The translations under genes and the position numbers were made by a program. From the NCBI GenBank assembly GCA_043777315.1, contig JAYVPW010000150.1, positions 1-64,000 of the forward strand: a stretch of 64,000 nt of DNA. Reading direction: 5' to 3'. The notes below the pieces were generated by a model. It was given only the letters and a program-made list of their open reading frames with translations. It was not told where the DNA came from and did not search any database. Positions 20,692 through 31,530 of this stretch are shown piece after piece; positions within the stretch are counted from its first letter, which is position 1, and every line of letters begins with the position of its first letter. The DNA is from Spartobacteria bacterium (GTDB lineage: Bacteria > Verrucomicrobiota > Verrucomicrobiia > Chthoniobacterales > Chthoniobacteraceae).

Positions 20692-22841
20692 ATTTCCTCA
20701 ACGCCGCCCTCCTCGCCGGCACCCTCGCCCTCGCGATCCCGATCATCATTCACCTCTTCCACAAGAGCCGTTTCGAGGTGGTGAAATGGGGCGCGATGCA
20801 CCTGCTCGAGTCGGTCATCCGCACCAATCAAAAGCGCGTCCGCATCGAGCAGCTCATCCTCATGGCGATCCGCGCCGCGATCCCGCTGCTGCTCGCACTC
20901 GCCATGGCGCGGCCCATCTGGCAGGGCGCGCAGAAGCTCCTCGGCGAGGCGAAAACCTCCACGATCCTGCTGCTCGACAACAGCTACTCGATGGAAGCCG
21001 GTCGCACCGGCACCTCGAATTTTTCCCTCGCCCGCGACGAAGCCACGCGCGTCGTCAACGACCTGAAACGCGGCTCCGACGTGCAGGTCGTTTTGATGGG
21101 AGAAGGGGGCTCCTCCCTGCTCGACCAGCCGACCTACGACACCGGACGCATCACGCAGGGGCTCACGAAATTGAGCGCGGGTTACGGCACCGCAACCGTC
21201 CCGGCGTCGCTCGATTTTGCGGCCGGCATCTTCGAGAAAATGCACGAGTCGGCGCGGAATCTCGTCGTCCTCACTGACTTCCAGCGCGTCAGTTTCGAGG
21301 CCACGGAAGACGCCGCGCTCGGGCAGGCGCTCGACCGGCTGAAAAAGCAGACGATCGCGCCGCACGTCACATTTTTCGATGTCGGGCAGGAGGTGAAAGA
21401 CAACGTCGCGCTCGAGTCGCTCGACTTCTCGCGCCTCATGGTCGGCGTCGGACAGAAGATCCAAATCCGCGCGAACCTCCGCAATTTCGGCGACGCCAAT
21501 TACCCCGACCTGCGCGTCTATTTCAAAGCCGACGGGAAGGAAAAATCGGTTTCCCAGATCGCACTTTCGCCGCACGAAAAGCGGCAGGTTCTTTTCACGC
21601 ACGCGTTCGATACGCCCGGCTCGCACGTCGTCGAAGTCTTCGCCGACGCGGACGCGCTCAAGGCCGACAACAGCTACCTCGCGAGCATTCCCGTGCGCGA
21701 CAAAGTCCCGGTGTTGCTGATCAACGGCGACCCGAGCGGCGAGCCGATGAAAGGCGAAACCGACTTCGCCGAAATCGCGCTGGCTCCGAACAGCGCGGCC
21801 CGCGTCGAACTCGCCGACCTGCTCGCGACGAAGGTCGTGCGGGCCGAAGAACTGGACCCGAAACGCCTCTCCGAGTCGGCAGTCGTGATCTTGGCCAATG
21901 TCCGCAAACTCAATGACGATCAGCTTCGCGGGCTCGAGGAGTTCGTGAAAAACGGCGGCGGCCTCCTCGTTTTCAGCGGCAACCGCGTCGATCCGGCGTG
22001 GTACAATTCCGCCTTTTTCAAAGACGCGAAGGGCCTGCTCCCGCTGATCCTCGGCCCGCTCGCCGGCGACCTGAAAGAGAGTTCGCCGTCCGTCTCCGTC
22101 GTCTCGCAGCGTTTCGACAATCCCGCGCTCGAACTCTTCAACGATTCACGCAACGGCAACCTCTCCGACTCCGCGATCAAGCTCTGGTTCAAGCTCAAGG
22201 AGCCCGGTGCCTCCGCCGTGACGACGCTCGCCCGACTCGAAAACGGCGACCCATTTCTCGTCGAAAAACCGTTCGGCGAAGGCCGCGTGATCCAGTGCTC
22301 GACGGCACTCGACGCCGACTGGAGCAACCTGCCGATGCGCCCGACCTATTTGCCGCTCCTCCAGCGCCTCTCGGTCTATCTCGCCTCCACGATTTATCCG
22401 TCGCGAAATCTCGACGTCGGCAAGCCGCTCATCGCGCTCCTGCCCGCCGCGGATGCGGGAAAAAAAGCGACGATCACGAACCCCGACGGCGCGGCGGTCG
22501 AGGTGCTGATCGTGAAGAAAGGCGAGCGCGGCGTGGTCGAGTTTGGCAAGACCCAGCGGCCCGGACTTTACACCCTCACGGCGGCCGGCGGGCAGCCGGT
22601 GCATTACGTCGTCAACGCGTCGCGCCGCGAGTCCGACCTCCAGCGATTGAGCGATGCGGAGATCGCCGATTTCGCGAAACAGCATGGCGTCGCGGTCGTC
22701 CACAACGGCGCGGAATACAAGGCGCTGGATCAGTCGCGGCGGTTCGGGACAGAGCTGTGGAAACCAATCCTGTGGGCGCTGCTCGGAATGGTTTTTGTGG
22801 AGGTGGTGGTGGAGCAGAAATTTGCGGGGAGGCGGAAATGA
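20688..22841 (+). CDS. BatA-like membrane protein (N-terminal double-TM domain + vWA-like region + C-terminal TM), 717 aa
   Basis: N-terminus [24 protein letters not shown]...LILMAIRAAIPLLLALAM matches the BatA N-terminal double-transmembrane domain; LLLDNSYSM vWA MIDAS-like. Confidence 0.7.
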   Translation: MNFLNAALLAGTLALAIPIIIHLFHKSRFEVVKWGAMHLLESVIRTNQKRVRIEQLILMAIRAAIPLLLALAMARPIWQGAQKLLGEAKTSTILLLDNSYSMEAGRTGTSNFSLARDEATRVVNDLKRGSDVQVVLMGEGGSSLLDQPTYDTGRITQGLTKLSAGYGTATVPASLDFAAGIFEKMHESARNLVVLTDFQRVSFEATEDAALGQALDRLKKQTIAPHVTFFDVGQEVKDNVALESLDFSRLMVGVGQKIQIRANLRNFGDANYPDLRVYFKADGKEKSVSQIALSPHEKRQVLFTHAFDTPGSHVVEVFADADALKADNSYLASIPVRDKVPVLLINGDPSGEPMKGETDFAEIALAPNSAARVELADLLATKVVRAEELDPKRLSESAVVILANVRKLNDDQLRGLEEFVKNGGGLLVFSGNRVDPAWYNSAFFKDAKGLLPLILGPLAGDLKESSPSVSVVSQRFDNPALELFNDSRNGNLSDSAIKLWFKLKEPGASAVTTLARLENGDPFLVEKPFGEGRVIQCSTALDADWSNLPMRPTYLPLLQRLSVYLASTIYPSRNLDVGKPLIALLPAADAGKKATITNPDGAAVEVLIVKKGERGVVEFGKTQRPGLYTLTAAGGQPVHYVVNASRRESDLQRLSDAEIADFAKQHGVAVVHNGAEYKALDQSRRFGTELWKPILWALLGMVFVEVVVEQKFAGRRK

Positions 22842-23015
22842 GGGGGGAGGCGGAGAACGTCGAACGTCGAACGTCGAACGTCGAACGTCGAAGTAGGAGC
22901 GCGCGGCGTGGCGTTTCCGTGCATCGCGCGGCGCAGTTGAACTCACGACATTTTCGGAATTCGCCACGCCGGAATCCGCCACTTCGACGTTCGACGTTCG
23001 ACGTTCGACGTTCGA
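22842..23015. repeat. heptamer-armed hairpin element E2 (arms (GAACGTC)4/(GACGTTC)4, ~88-bp loop)
   Basis: GAGGGGGGAGGCGGAGAACGTC(GAACGTC)3GAAG ... CTTC(GACGTTC)3GACGTTTTCCCCTCCCC. Confidence 0.85.
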
Positions 23016-23049
23016 CGTTTTCCCCTCCCCGCCACCCGGTTTTGTCCCG

Positions 23050-25812
23050 ATGAACGAACGCGTCGAAACCACCCTCCGCTTCGTCGGCGACTGGCCCGCC
23101 TGGCTCGGCCTCACCGCGGCCCTCATCCTCGCCGGAGCCGCATGGCTGCTGTATCGCCGCGATGTGCGTCTGGTGCGCCCGGCCTTGCGCTGGCTGCTCC
23201 CGACCCTCCGCGCGCTGGCGATCGCGATGATCGTTTTGATGCTGAGCGGACCAGTGCTGCATCATCGCAAAACGATCGGTCAGCTCTCGAAATTGCTGCT
23301 GTTCGTGGACAGTTCTCGGAGCATGGATTTGACCGATTCGTCGATGAGCATCGGGCGCAAAATCCTGATCCTTCAGCGCATGGGGATGCTCTCGCCGGAT
23401 GCGTTGAAAATGGATTTGCCGAAAGCCGGCGAAGCGCTCGCCGAGGCGCAGATGCTCGCGGAAAAGACGAAGCTTTCCACGAACGCGGACGATGCGGCGT
23501 TCAAAAAGATCACGACCGATTTCGCAGGGAAAATCACGGTGGCGCGGGAGCTGATCGCGAGCGCGGGAAGCGCGGGCGATCAACTCGCACGTTTCGGAAA
23601 AGAGCTCGGCGAACCGGCGCGGGAGATCGCCGGACGGGAGTTCAAAAAAATCGATGACCGCGCGCGTGCGACGCAGGATCTCACGCGCCTCGGCGAGAGC
23701 GCGCGGCGCTGGCAGGACGAGCTCGAGGAGGCATTTCAGAAGACCGCGAACGAGGCTGCCGCGGGCGACCTTTCGCCGCTGCGCGCGGCGCTGCAGAAGT
23801 TCGACGCGATGCCGCGGACGCAGCGCGTGCAGTCGCTTTTGCTCGAAGGCGGCTCGCCGCCGATGCTCGCGAAAGTCGCCGAGACTTATGACGTGCAACT
23901 CCTTTCGCTCGACAGCGGCGAGGCCAAGAAAATCTGGCAGCCGACCGCCAAAAACTCGTCGCTTCCGACCGCGCTTCCGAAACCCGTCGGCGACGTGACG
24001 AATCTCGCGACGGGTGTGAAAGCCGGCGCTGGCGAGCAGGAAAAAGAGCAGCGCGGCGCGGTCGTCGTGTTCAGCGACGGCCAGCATAATGACGGCGATT
24101 CGCCGGTCGAAATGGCGAAGATGCTCGGCGCGCGCGGGATGCCGATTTTCACCGTCGGCATCGGCAGCCAGACGCGTCCGCGCGATCTCGCGGTCGTGAA
24201 AACGGAGGGGCCGGACGCCGTGTTTTATCAGGATCGCGTGCGCGGGCAGGTCACGCTGAAGGACGACATGCCGGCGGGGATGCCTTTCAAAGTCGCGATC
24301 CAGGACGGCGACAAAATGCTGTGGGAACAGCAGGTGATCAGCGACGGGACGCAGCTCCGAAAAGTGCCGTTCGACTTCGCAGTGAAGGAACTCGTCGAGG
24401 CGAAATTGGCCGCTGGCAAAGGGAGCGGCGTGCAGGTTTCCGGCGTCCCGCTCGATTTGAAAGTGAGCGTCTCGCAGATCGAAGGCGACCGTGAGCCGAG
24501 CAATAATTTCGGCAGCCTCCGCGTGCGCGCGGTGACGCAGAAACGCAAGATTTTGATCATCGACGGACGCCCGCGCTGGGAGTCGCGCTACCTGCGGAAT
24601 CTCTTCGATCGCGATGAGCAGTGGGACGTCACGTCGGTCATCGCCGGCGCGAAAGTCGGCGAGCCAGGATTCGCCCGTGGGACGAAGCCGGACGAATTTC
24701 CGACCGACCCCGCGACGCTCGCCGGATTCGATTTGATCATCCTCGGCGAGACGCCGCGCACGCTCTGGAAAGGCGAGGAATTGCAGTGGATCAGCGACTT
24801 CGTGAACAAGCGCGGCGGGGCGCTGATTCTCGTCGATGGCGCTCGCGGACGATTCAAGGAATACGCCGACTCGCCGCTCGCGCCGCTCTTTCCCGTCGAG
24901 TGGAAAGCGCCCGCGGTGCGCGAGGGAATCACGAAGATTTCGCTCACGGGTCGGAGCGCAAATCTCGCGCCTTTCGCGCTCGCCGCGGACCGCGCGCAGA
25001 ACGCCGAAGTGTGGAGCAAGTTGCTCCCGCCGCACTGGATTTCGGGCGCGAGCGCGCTGCCCGGCGCGGAGCGTTTGCTCGATGCGGAAGTGGGCGGGCA
25101 CGCGGTTGCCGCGGTGGTTTATCGCCCGTTCGGCGCGGGCAAGGTGCTTTATCACGCGTTCGACGAATCGTGGCGCTGGCGCTACGAAATCGGCGACCTG
25201 CATCACGTCCGATACTGGAATCAAATCGCCAACTGGATCGCGGAATTGCCCTTCGCCGTGCGCGACAAATTCATCTCGCTCGACGCGGGCGCGCTGACCT
25301 ATCGGCCCGGCGAATCCGCCGACATCCGCGTGCGTCTGCGCGACGGAGAAGGCAAGCCGGTGAGCAACGCGAGCGTCGATGCCGTACTCTACCGCGACGG
25401 GCAAAAAGTCGCGGGCATCAGGCTCAGCGCCGACGACAATGCGGGCGGACTTTTCCACGGAAAAACCGCGGCGCTGGAGCCGGGAAATTACGAGATCGGG
25501 ATCGAGTCCGCGGCGATCCCGCAAAATGAACTCAAGGCGCGCACGACCTTCAAAGTCGAGCCGCGCGAGACGGGCGAACTCACGCTGCTGAACCTCAACG
25601 AAGACCTGCTCCGGCAGATGTCGGCGGCGAGCGGCGGTCAATATCTGCGCGAGGAAAACGCGGGCAAACTGATCGATCTCCTCGCGCCCTTGAGCCAGGG
25701 CAAGGTGATCGAGAGCGAGACGCCGCTGTGGCAGAGCTACGCGTGGTTTCTGCCGATCGTGGCGCTGCTGACGGCGGAGTGGATCGTGCGGAAACGGGTG
25801 GGGCTTTTGTGA
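23050..25812 (+). CDS. BatA/BatB-like vWA-domain membrane protein, 920 aa
   Basis: N-terminal double-TM, vWA-like block (VVVFSDGQHNDGDSP), C-terminal TM. Confidence 0.65.
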   Translation: MNERVETTLRFVGDWPAWLGLTAALILAGAAWLLYRRDVRLVRPALRWLLPTLRALAIAMIVLMLSGPVLHHRKTIGQLSKLLLFVDSSRSMDLTDSSMSIGRKILILQRMGMLSPDALKMDLPKAGEALAEAQMLAEKTKLSTNADDAAFKKITTDFAGKITVARELIASAGSAGDQLARFGKELGEPAREIAGREFKKIDDRARATQDLTRLGESARRWQDELEEAFQKTANEAAAGDLSPLRAALQKFDAMPRTQRVQSLLLEGGSPPMLAKVAETYDVQLLSLDSGEAKKIWQPTAKNSSLPTALPKPVGDVTNLATGVKAGAGEQEKEQRGAVVVFSDGQHNDGDSPVEMAKMLGARGMPIFTVGIGSQTRPRDLAVVKTEGPDAVFYQDRVRGQVTLKDDMPAGMPFKVAIQDGDKMLWEQQVISDGTQLRKVPFDFAVKELVEAKLAAGKGSGVQVSGVPLDLKVSVSQIEGDREPSNNFGSLRVRAVTQKRKILIIDGRPRWESRYLRNLFDRDEQWDVTSVIAGAKVGEPGFARGTKPDEFPTDPATLAGFDLIILGETPRTLWKGEELQWISDFVNKRGGALILVDGARGRFKEYADSPLAPLFPVEWKAPAVREGITKISLTGRSANLAPFALAADRAQNAEVWSKLLPPHWISGASALPGAERLLDAEVGGHAVAAVVYRPFGAGKVLYHAFDESWRWRYEIGDLHHVRYWNQIANWIAELPFAVRDKFISLDAGALTYRPGESADIRVRLRDGEGKPVSNASVDAVLYRDGQKVAGIRLSADDNAGGLFHGKTAALEPGNYEIGIESAAIPQNELKARTTFKVEPRETGELTLLNLNEDLLRQMSAASGGQYLREENAGKLIDLLAPLSQGKVIESETPLWQSYAWFLPIVALLTAEWIVRKRVGLL

Positions 25813-25847
25813 TGATGAATGCGCTGCTGATTTTCGCGGGGTTCGCG

Positions 25848-25963
25848 GAGGGGGCAAACGTCGAACGTCGAACGTCGAACGTCGAACGTCGAAGTGGGGA
25901 AACTGAAGAGACGCTGCGCGTCGGACTCTGCGTTCGACGTTCGACGTTCGACGTTCAGCGTTC
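25848..25963. repeat. heptamer-armed hairpin element E3 (~35-bp loop)
   Basis: GAGGGGGCAAACGTC(GAACGTC)3GAAG ... (GACGTTC)-type arm ...TTTGCCCCTC. Confidence 0.85.
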
Positions 25964-26002
25964 GACGTTTGCCCCTCTTCCGTCCGCAACCCGACTCCCG
26001 CC

Positions 26003-29000
26003 ATGAGCTACAAACTCGACCCCAAAATCCTCTCCAAACTCCGCGCCTTCGCCGCCCGACGGCGCAAGCTGATCATCATCCGCGGCATCTGCACCGCGAT
26101 CGCGATGCTGCTCGCGACGATGATGACCGTGGCGTTCGTCGATCTCGTTTTCGTGCTCCCCGACGGCGTGCGCTGGGGGCTCAGTGCCGTCGCTTATCTT
26201 GCCGTGATCATCGCGGAATGGCGCACGTGTCTGACGCTGCTCGCTCATGCGCCCGGTCCGCGGCGGCTGGCGCGTTTGCTCGAACATGCGGAGCCGAAGC
26301 TGCGCGAGGATTTACTTTCCGCGGTCGAGCTGGGGACGAGCAAGGATGGGGAGGTCGTCGATTCGGAGCAGTTCCGCGCGCTGGTGCAGAGCGATGTCGC
26401 GGCGCGGATGGAAAACGTCGATGTCGATCGGTTGCTGCCGGTCGGTTTGGTGCGGCGGTATCTCGGGATCGCGGCGGCGATTTTCGTGGCGATGATCGTG
26501 GCGTTCGTGATGACGGGGACGCAGTTCGGCACGCTGATGATGCGGGCGCTGCTGCCGATGGCGAACTTCGCGCGCGTCTCGAAATTCAAGGTCGCGATCG
26601 TCGAGCCGAAGCCGGCGGAAATGCCGGTGGCGTTCGGCGATGCGGTGCCGCTGCTGATCGAAGTTTCCGGCGGACGGACGAGCAAAGCGGTGCTCGAGAT
26701 ATTCACGAAAACCGGGGGGCGCGAAGTTGTGCCGATGACTCCGGCGGAGGGCGATCGCTTCTCGTCCACGATCCAAGTGGCGCGCGAGAACGTCGAATAT
26801 CGGGTGCGGGCGGGCGACGCGATCACGCGCAAATACCGGCTGGCGGCGATGCCTCGTCCGCACATCGCGAAGTTCGAGAAGAGCTACACTTTTCCCGCTT
26901 ACTCACGAGTCGCTCCGAAGGCTGTGACCGAGGAAAATGGTGATCTCGCGGCGCTGGAAGGGAGCGAAGTCGAGCTGCGGCTCGAGCCGAATCAGAAGAT
27001 CAAGAGCGGCGAACTCGTGATCGAACAGGGGCGCGTGACCTCGACCGTGCCGCTCGTCGAGGGCACCGGAAATCGGCTCACCGCAAAGATTTCACTGAAA
27101 ACTTCGGGGACGTATCGGGTGCATCTCGTCGCGGCGGAGAGCGGATTCGAGAACAAGTTCAGCCCGGAATACGAGATCCGCGCGGTGCCGGACCTTGTCC
27201 CGCAGGTCGATCTGGAATTGCCGAAAGACGACCTCATTTTGCCGGCAAACGAGATCGTCGATCTGGAAGGAACGGCGACCGATGACCAGTCGCTCGCGAA
27301 GGTCTCGCAGCTCGTCCGCGTGAACGAGGGTCCGTGGCGCGAAGTGCCGCTGGCAAAGGATCCGGGGGCGAAGACGAAAGTGGAGCGGCGCTGGGATTTG
27401 TTCGAGCAGGGCGTGAAGCCGGGCGATTTGCTGACGACGAAATTGCTCGCGGTGGATTTGAAGGGGAACAAGTCGGAGTCGAGGTCGCTGCAGATCACGA
27501 TCACGGCGTCGGGCTTCGAGACGAAGCGGGTGACCGGGCTGGATGCGCAGCGCGAATTGCTGCGGGTGATCGGCGAGGCGCGGGCGGCGGCGGACGCGCT
27601 GGAGAAGCAGGGGAACGAGGCGCGCGATGCGTTCGCCCGGCTGCCCGAAAACGATTCGCAGCGGAAGCAGACGGCGGTGACGGCGGCGGCGGCAATGGCG
27701 ACTTTCGATGCGAAAGCGGCGGCGATTTGGGGGCAGTTGACCGCGACGTTGCGCGCCTCTTCGCCGGGACATCAGAGCGCCGATCTCGCGCTACTCGCCC
27801 GACTGCTTTCACGCATGGATACAGGATCCGCGGACAATGCGCGCGATGCGCTCGGGCTCGTTATGCCCGATGCGGGTTCGCCGTTTGCGCGCGATCAAAT
27901 GCGTGAATTTGCCGACGGAACCTCGCGCACCGGACAGCGCGCGCGGTCGGCGCACGACGGTTATAAATCGCTCGTCGGAGCCGAGGAGCTCGATGTGCTC
28001 GCGGAGAATATGTCGGTCGTCGCGAAAGAGCAGGAACGGCTCGCGGCGCTCGCGCAAAAGAGCGGCACGGATGCGGCGAAATGGGCGCAGATCGCGAACC
28101 GGATCCGGGTGATCGTTGCGGAGACGCGGAGCCTGGAGCAGTTGATGACCTCGACGGGCGAGCATCTCGGCGGCGCGTTTCCGGACCGGATCAAACGGCT
28201 GGCAAAGGAGATCGAGAAACAGCGGACGGTGATCGACGCGGCGATCACCGCAGGCACGCCGGATCAGAAGTTGAACGAGCCGACGAAACTGCTCGCGCAG
28301 GCGTGCGCGAATGCGGCGAGGAGCCTTTTGGATTTCGAACGCGAGACGGCCTACACGCCGGTGAAGAAGGTCACGGAAATGACGAAAGAGACGGGGCCGA
28401 CGTACGCGAATTTCGAGCGGTTGCGGGCTGATTTTCAGCAGGTGAAGGCGATGGACAAGTTGCCGGCGGATGCTGTGGCAGGCTTGATCTCGCGGCGATG
28501 GGACGAACGGATCGAGGCGTTCAAAGCGCACGGCGATGCGGAGGAGGCGCGGCCGGATTCGGACGCGTATTTTGTGAATGATGTGCGGTCAGTTTCGCTC
28601 GCGCTGAAGGCGACGCACGAGGCGGCGACGGACGACGCGGCGCTGTTGAAAGAGAAGCTGGCGGCGCTGGAGAAAAATTTCCGGCTGCTCGAGAGCGGGC
28701 ACAATTTGTTCGAGGTGGCGGATGGTTTGAAGCAGCTCGCGGGGGCGGAGAAGTGGGAGATTTACAGCGCCCGCGCGCGCACGTCGGCGCCGCGGGATTG
28801 GAGCTGGCTGGAGGCGCGGCTGCGGGCGCTGCCGGAGGAGCTGGGCAAGGCGGCGCTCGATGAGGAGACGAAGAAACTGACGGGCGAGGCGCAGAAGATT
28901 TTGTGGCAGGTGCTGCAGCAGCCGTTCGCGCAGCAGGTAGCGCAGGAGATGCCGCAGCGGTTCAATCCGCAGCGGGAGCCAGTGGCGAAGCGGGCGGAAA

Positions 29001-31447
29001 TCGAGAAGACGGCGGCGATGGTGAATCAGGCGCTGGCGATTTTCCGCAAGCCGATGCAGGAGGCGCGCGAGCAGCTCGCGCAGATGGTGCCGAAGCTGTC
29101 GGAGATCGCGGCGCAGCTCGCGAAAGAGACGGAGGAATTGAAAAAAGAGACGCAGGAGGAGGCGCAGAAAACGGCGGAGAAATCGCCGGCGGAAGCGCAG
29201 GCGGAGACGCAAAAAACTTTGGCGAAACAGGAGAAGCTGAACTCGGAGGTCGGCGCGTTGAAGGATGCGCTGCGGGCGGATGCGAACCAGCAGGACGTGG
29301 CGAAAAAGGAAGGGCGCGAGCGGGCGCGCGATGCGGACGATGCGCTGGCGATGTTGAAGGAGCCGCCCGTCCGGGCTGAACAGGCTTTGCTGGAAGCGGC
29401 GCAGGCGCCCAAAGCCGATCTGCGGAAAGAGGCGCTGAACGGCGCGACGGAGCATCAGCAGAAACTCGCGGATGCGCTGAATCAGCTCGCGGAGCACTAC
29501 GCCAAAGTGGAGGAAGGGAAGGCGGACGAGACGCGGATGGCGTTGCGCGAGACGGAGGAAAAGAACGGCGTGAAGGAGCAACTCGACGCGCAATTTGCTA
29601 AGGCCGAGCAGATGGCGGAACTCGCGCAGAAGTCGCCGGAGGAACTGCTGGCACAGCTCGAAAAAGCGCTCGCGAAAAGTCCGGCGATGCAGAAGGAGCT
29701 CAGCGAAATTTCCAAGAACACGCTGGCCGACGCGCAGAAGCAGCTCGATCAGGCAAGCCGGCAGGAGAATCAGGTGGCGCAGGATTTGGCGAAAATGACG
29801 GCGCAGGCGACGGCTCCGAACGCGCCGCAAACGCAGACACCGCAGACCGCGAAGCAAGCTGTGGAGAAGGCTCAGCAGGCGGCGAAGCAATCGCTCGACG
29901 CGGCGAAGAACGCGCAGAAACAGGCGGACGAAGCGGTGCAGGCGGCGAAGGCGGCGAGCAATCAGCCCGCCGTGGAGCAGGCGCGGCAGGCGCGGACGGA
30001 AGCGGCGGCGGCGGCGCAAGCGGCCGAGCAGGCGGCGCAAGCGGCGGAGCAAATGACGAAGCCGAGTGAGGCCGCGAACGCAGCAAAAGCGGTGGTGGAG
30101 AAATCGGCGGAAGCGGCGAAGGATGCGGCGCAGGCGGCGGGTGATGCGGCGAAGGCGCAGGCGACCGCGCAGCAGACGGCGGCGCAGCAAACGGGTGATC
30201 CGCAGGCGAAGAATCAACAGACTTCAAAAGAAGCGGGGGAGGCGACGCAGGCCGCACAACAGGCGGCGCAGGCGGCGAAAAACGCGGAAGCGGCGGCGCA
30301 GCAGGTCGCGGCGATGACGCAGCCGCAGAATGCCGCGACCCCGCAAATGGCGCAAAACGCGACGCCTCCCGCAGCGCCGGCAGCACCTCCCGCGGCGACT
30401 CCGAATTCACCAAATCCAGCGACCCCGGCACCGGCGAAAAATGCGCAGCTCGCGCCGGCGGCGGCGCAGCAGCCGGAGATCGCAAAGGCCGCGAATCAAG
30501 CAGGGGAGCAGGTTGCGCGGGCGGGGCGGCACGAGGAGCGGCTGCAAAACATGGCGGTCGGGGAGAAGCTGCAGCAGCTCGGGAGTGACGTGAAGCAGAC
30601 GGCGGCAGAGCAGGTTCCGAATGCACAGCAGGCACTCGCGAAGGCGGAGAAACCGGCGCAAGCGCAGGCGGCGGTGAACGCGGCGGACTCGCAACTCGCG
30701 GCGCAGGCGGCGCAGTTGCAGGCGGCGGCGAATCCGGCGATGGCGGCTCCTCCGCAGACGGGGCAAGCGACGTCGCAATCGGCCACGCCCGCGGATGCGC
30801 AAGCTCCGGCGACGCCGGACAGCGCGCAGGCGGCGGGGGCTCCGCAGAGTGCGCAGGCGAGCGCCGCGAATTCGCCTCCGCCGAGCGGGAAGCCGCCGGG
30901 CCAGCAAAGCCCGGCGATGCAGGCGCAGAGCGGCTCTCCGGCCGGTGCGCCTCCGCAGGCCGCGCCCGCGCAGCAGGGGATGCTGGCTGATCTCGCGGCG
31001 ACGCCCCCTTCACCGCAGGAACAAGTGTGGATGGCGCGGACGCTCGATGCGCTGGATGCGGCGTTGCATTCGGAGCCGCCGGGCGCGGGCGAGAAAAGCG
31101 ACCCGCAGGCGGGCGCGCAGGCGCAGGCCGCGATGGCGGCGGCCGCGCAGGCTGCGGCTCAGGCGATGCGGGCGGAACGGAGCGAGAGTTCGGAGACGCC
31201 GGCAGGGATCGTCGGGAAGGGCGATTTGCAGGTGAAGTCGAAGGGCGGAGTGAAGGCGGCGGGGACGGCGCAGGCGTACGGGCAGACGGCGGAATTGAAG
31301 GGCGCGATCAAGCCGGGCGAATGGGGAAAATTGCCGAAGCAGGTCGCGGAGGAACTGAGCCAGGGCCAGCGGGAAAAGGTGGCGGGCGAGTATCGCAATC
31401 AGATCGAGACGTACTATCGGGTGATCGCGGAGAAATCGAAAAAGTGA
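26003..31447 (+). CDS. giant (1814 aa) membrane-anchored protein with long coiled-coil and Ala/Gln/Glu/Pro-rich low-complexity tail; Bat-operon associated; function unknown
   Basis: two N-terminal TM segments, >1000 aa of predicted coiled coil, A/Q/P-rich C-terminal third (DNA-level GCGGCGCAGGCGGCG repeats). Confidence 0.6.
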   Translation: MSYKLDPKILSKLRAFAARRRKLIIIRGICTAIAMLLATMMTVAFVDLVFVLPDGVRWGLSAVAYLAVIIAEWRTCLTLLAHAPGPRRLARLLEHAEPKLREDLLSAVELGTSKDGEVVDSEQFRALVQSDVAARMENVDVDRLLPVGLVRRYLGIAAAIFVAMIVAFVMTGTQFGTLMMRALLPMANFARVSKFKVAIVEPKPAEMPVAFGDAVPLLIEVSGGRTSKAVLEIFTKTGGREVVPMTPAEGDRFSSTIQVARENVEYRVRAGDAITRKYRLAAMPRPHIAKFEKSYTFPAYSRVAPKAVTEENGDLAALEGSEVELRLEPNQKIKSGELVIEQGRVTSTVPLVEGTGNRLTAKISLKTSGTYRVHLVAAESGFENKFSPEYEIRAVPDLVPQVDLELPKDDLILPANEIVDLEGTATDDQSLAKVSQLVRVNEGPWREVPLAKDPGAKTKVERRWDLFEQGVKPGDLLTTKLLAVDLKGNKSESRSLQITITASGFETKRVTGLDAQRELLRVIGEARAAADALEKQGNEARDAFARLPENDSQRKQTAVTAAAAMATFDAKAAAIWGQLTATLRASSPGHQSADLALLARLLSRMDTGSADNARDALGLVMPDAGSPFARDQMREFADGTSRTGQRARSAHDGYKSLVGAEELDVLAENMSVVAKEQERLAALAQKSGTDAAKWAQIANRIRVIVAETRSLEQLMTSTGEHLGGAFPDRIKRLAKEIEKQRTVIDAAITAGTPDQKLNEPTKLLAQACANAARSLLDFERETAYTPVKKVTEMTKETGPTYANFERLRADFQQVKAMDKLPADAVAGLISRRWDERIEAFKAHGDAEEARPDSDAYFVNDVRSVSLALKATHEAATDDAALLKEKLAALEKNFRLLESGHNLFEVADGLKQLAGAEKWEIYSARARTSAPRDWSWLEARLRALPEELGKAALDEETKKLTGEAQKILWQVLQQPFAQQVAQEMPQRFNPQREPVAKRAEIEKTAAMVNQALAIFRKPMQEAREQLAQMVPKLSEIAAQLAKETEELKKETQEEAQKTAEKSPAEAQAETQKTLAKQEKLNSEVGALKDALRADANQQDVAKKEGRERARDADDALAMLKEPPVRAEQALLEAAQAPKADLRKEALNGATEHQQKLADALNQLAEHYAKVEEGKADETRMALRETEEKNGVKEQLDAQFAKAEQMAELAQKSPEELLAQLEKALAKSPAMQKELSEISKNTLADAQKQLDQASRQENQVAQDLAKMTAQATAPNAPQTQTPQTAKQAVEKAQQAAKQSLDAAKNAQKQADEAVQAAKAASNQPAVEQARQARTEAAAAAQAAEQAAQAAEQMTKPSEAANAAKAVVEKSAEAAKDAAQAAGDAAKAQATAQQTAAQQTGDPQAKNQQTSKEAGEATQAAQQAAQAAKNAEAAAQQVAAMTQPQNAATPQMAQNATPPAAPAAPPAATPNSPNPATPAPAKNAQLAPAAAQQPEIAKAANQAGEQVARAGRHEERLQNMAVGEKLQQLGSDVKQTAAEQVPNAQQALAKAEKPAQAQAAVNAADSQLAAQAAQLQAAANPAMAAPPQTGQATSQSATPADAQAPATPDSAQAAGAPQSAQASAANSPPPSGKPPGQQSPAMQAQSGSPAGAPPQAAPAQQGMLADLAATPPSPQEQVWMARTLDALDAALHSEPPGAGEKSDPQAGAQAQAAMAAAAQAAAQAMRAERSESSETPAGIVGKGDLQVKSKGGVKAAGTAQAYGQTAELKGAIKPGEWGKLPKQVAEELSQGQREKVAGEYRNQIETYYRVIAEKSKK

Positions 31448-31530
31448 TGAAACTTTCGCAATTTCCAGACGCATCTTCCGTTCGTGGGGAAGTCAGAATT
31501 AGCCACGGACAGCCACGGACAGACACGGAC

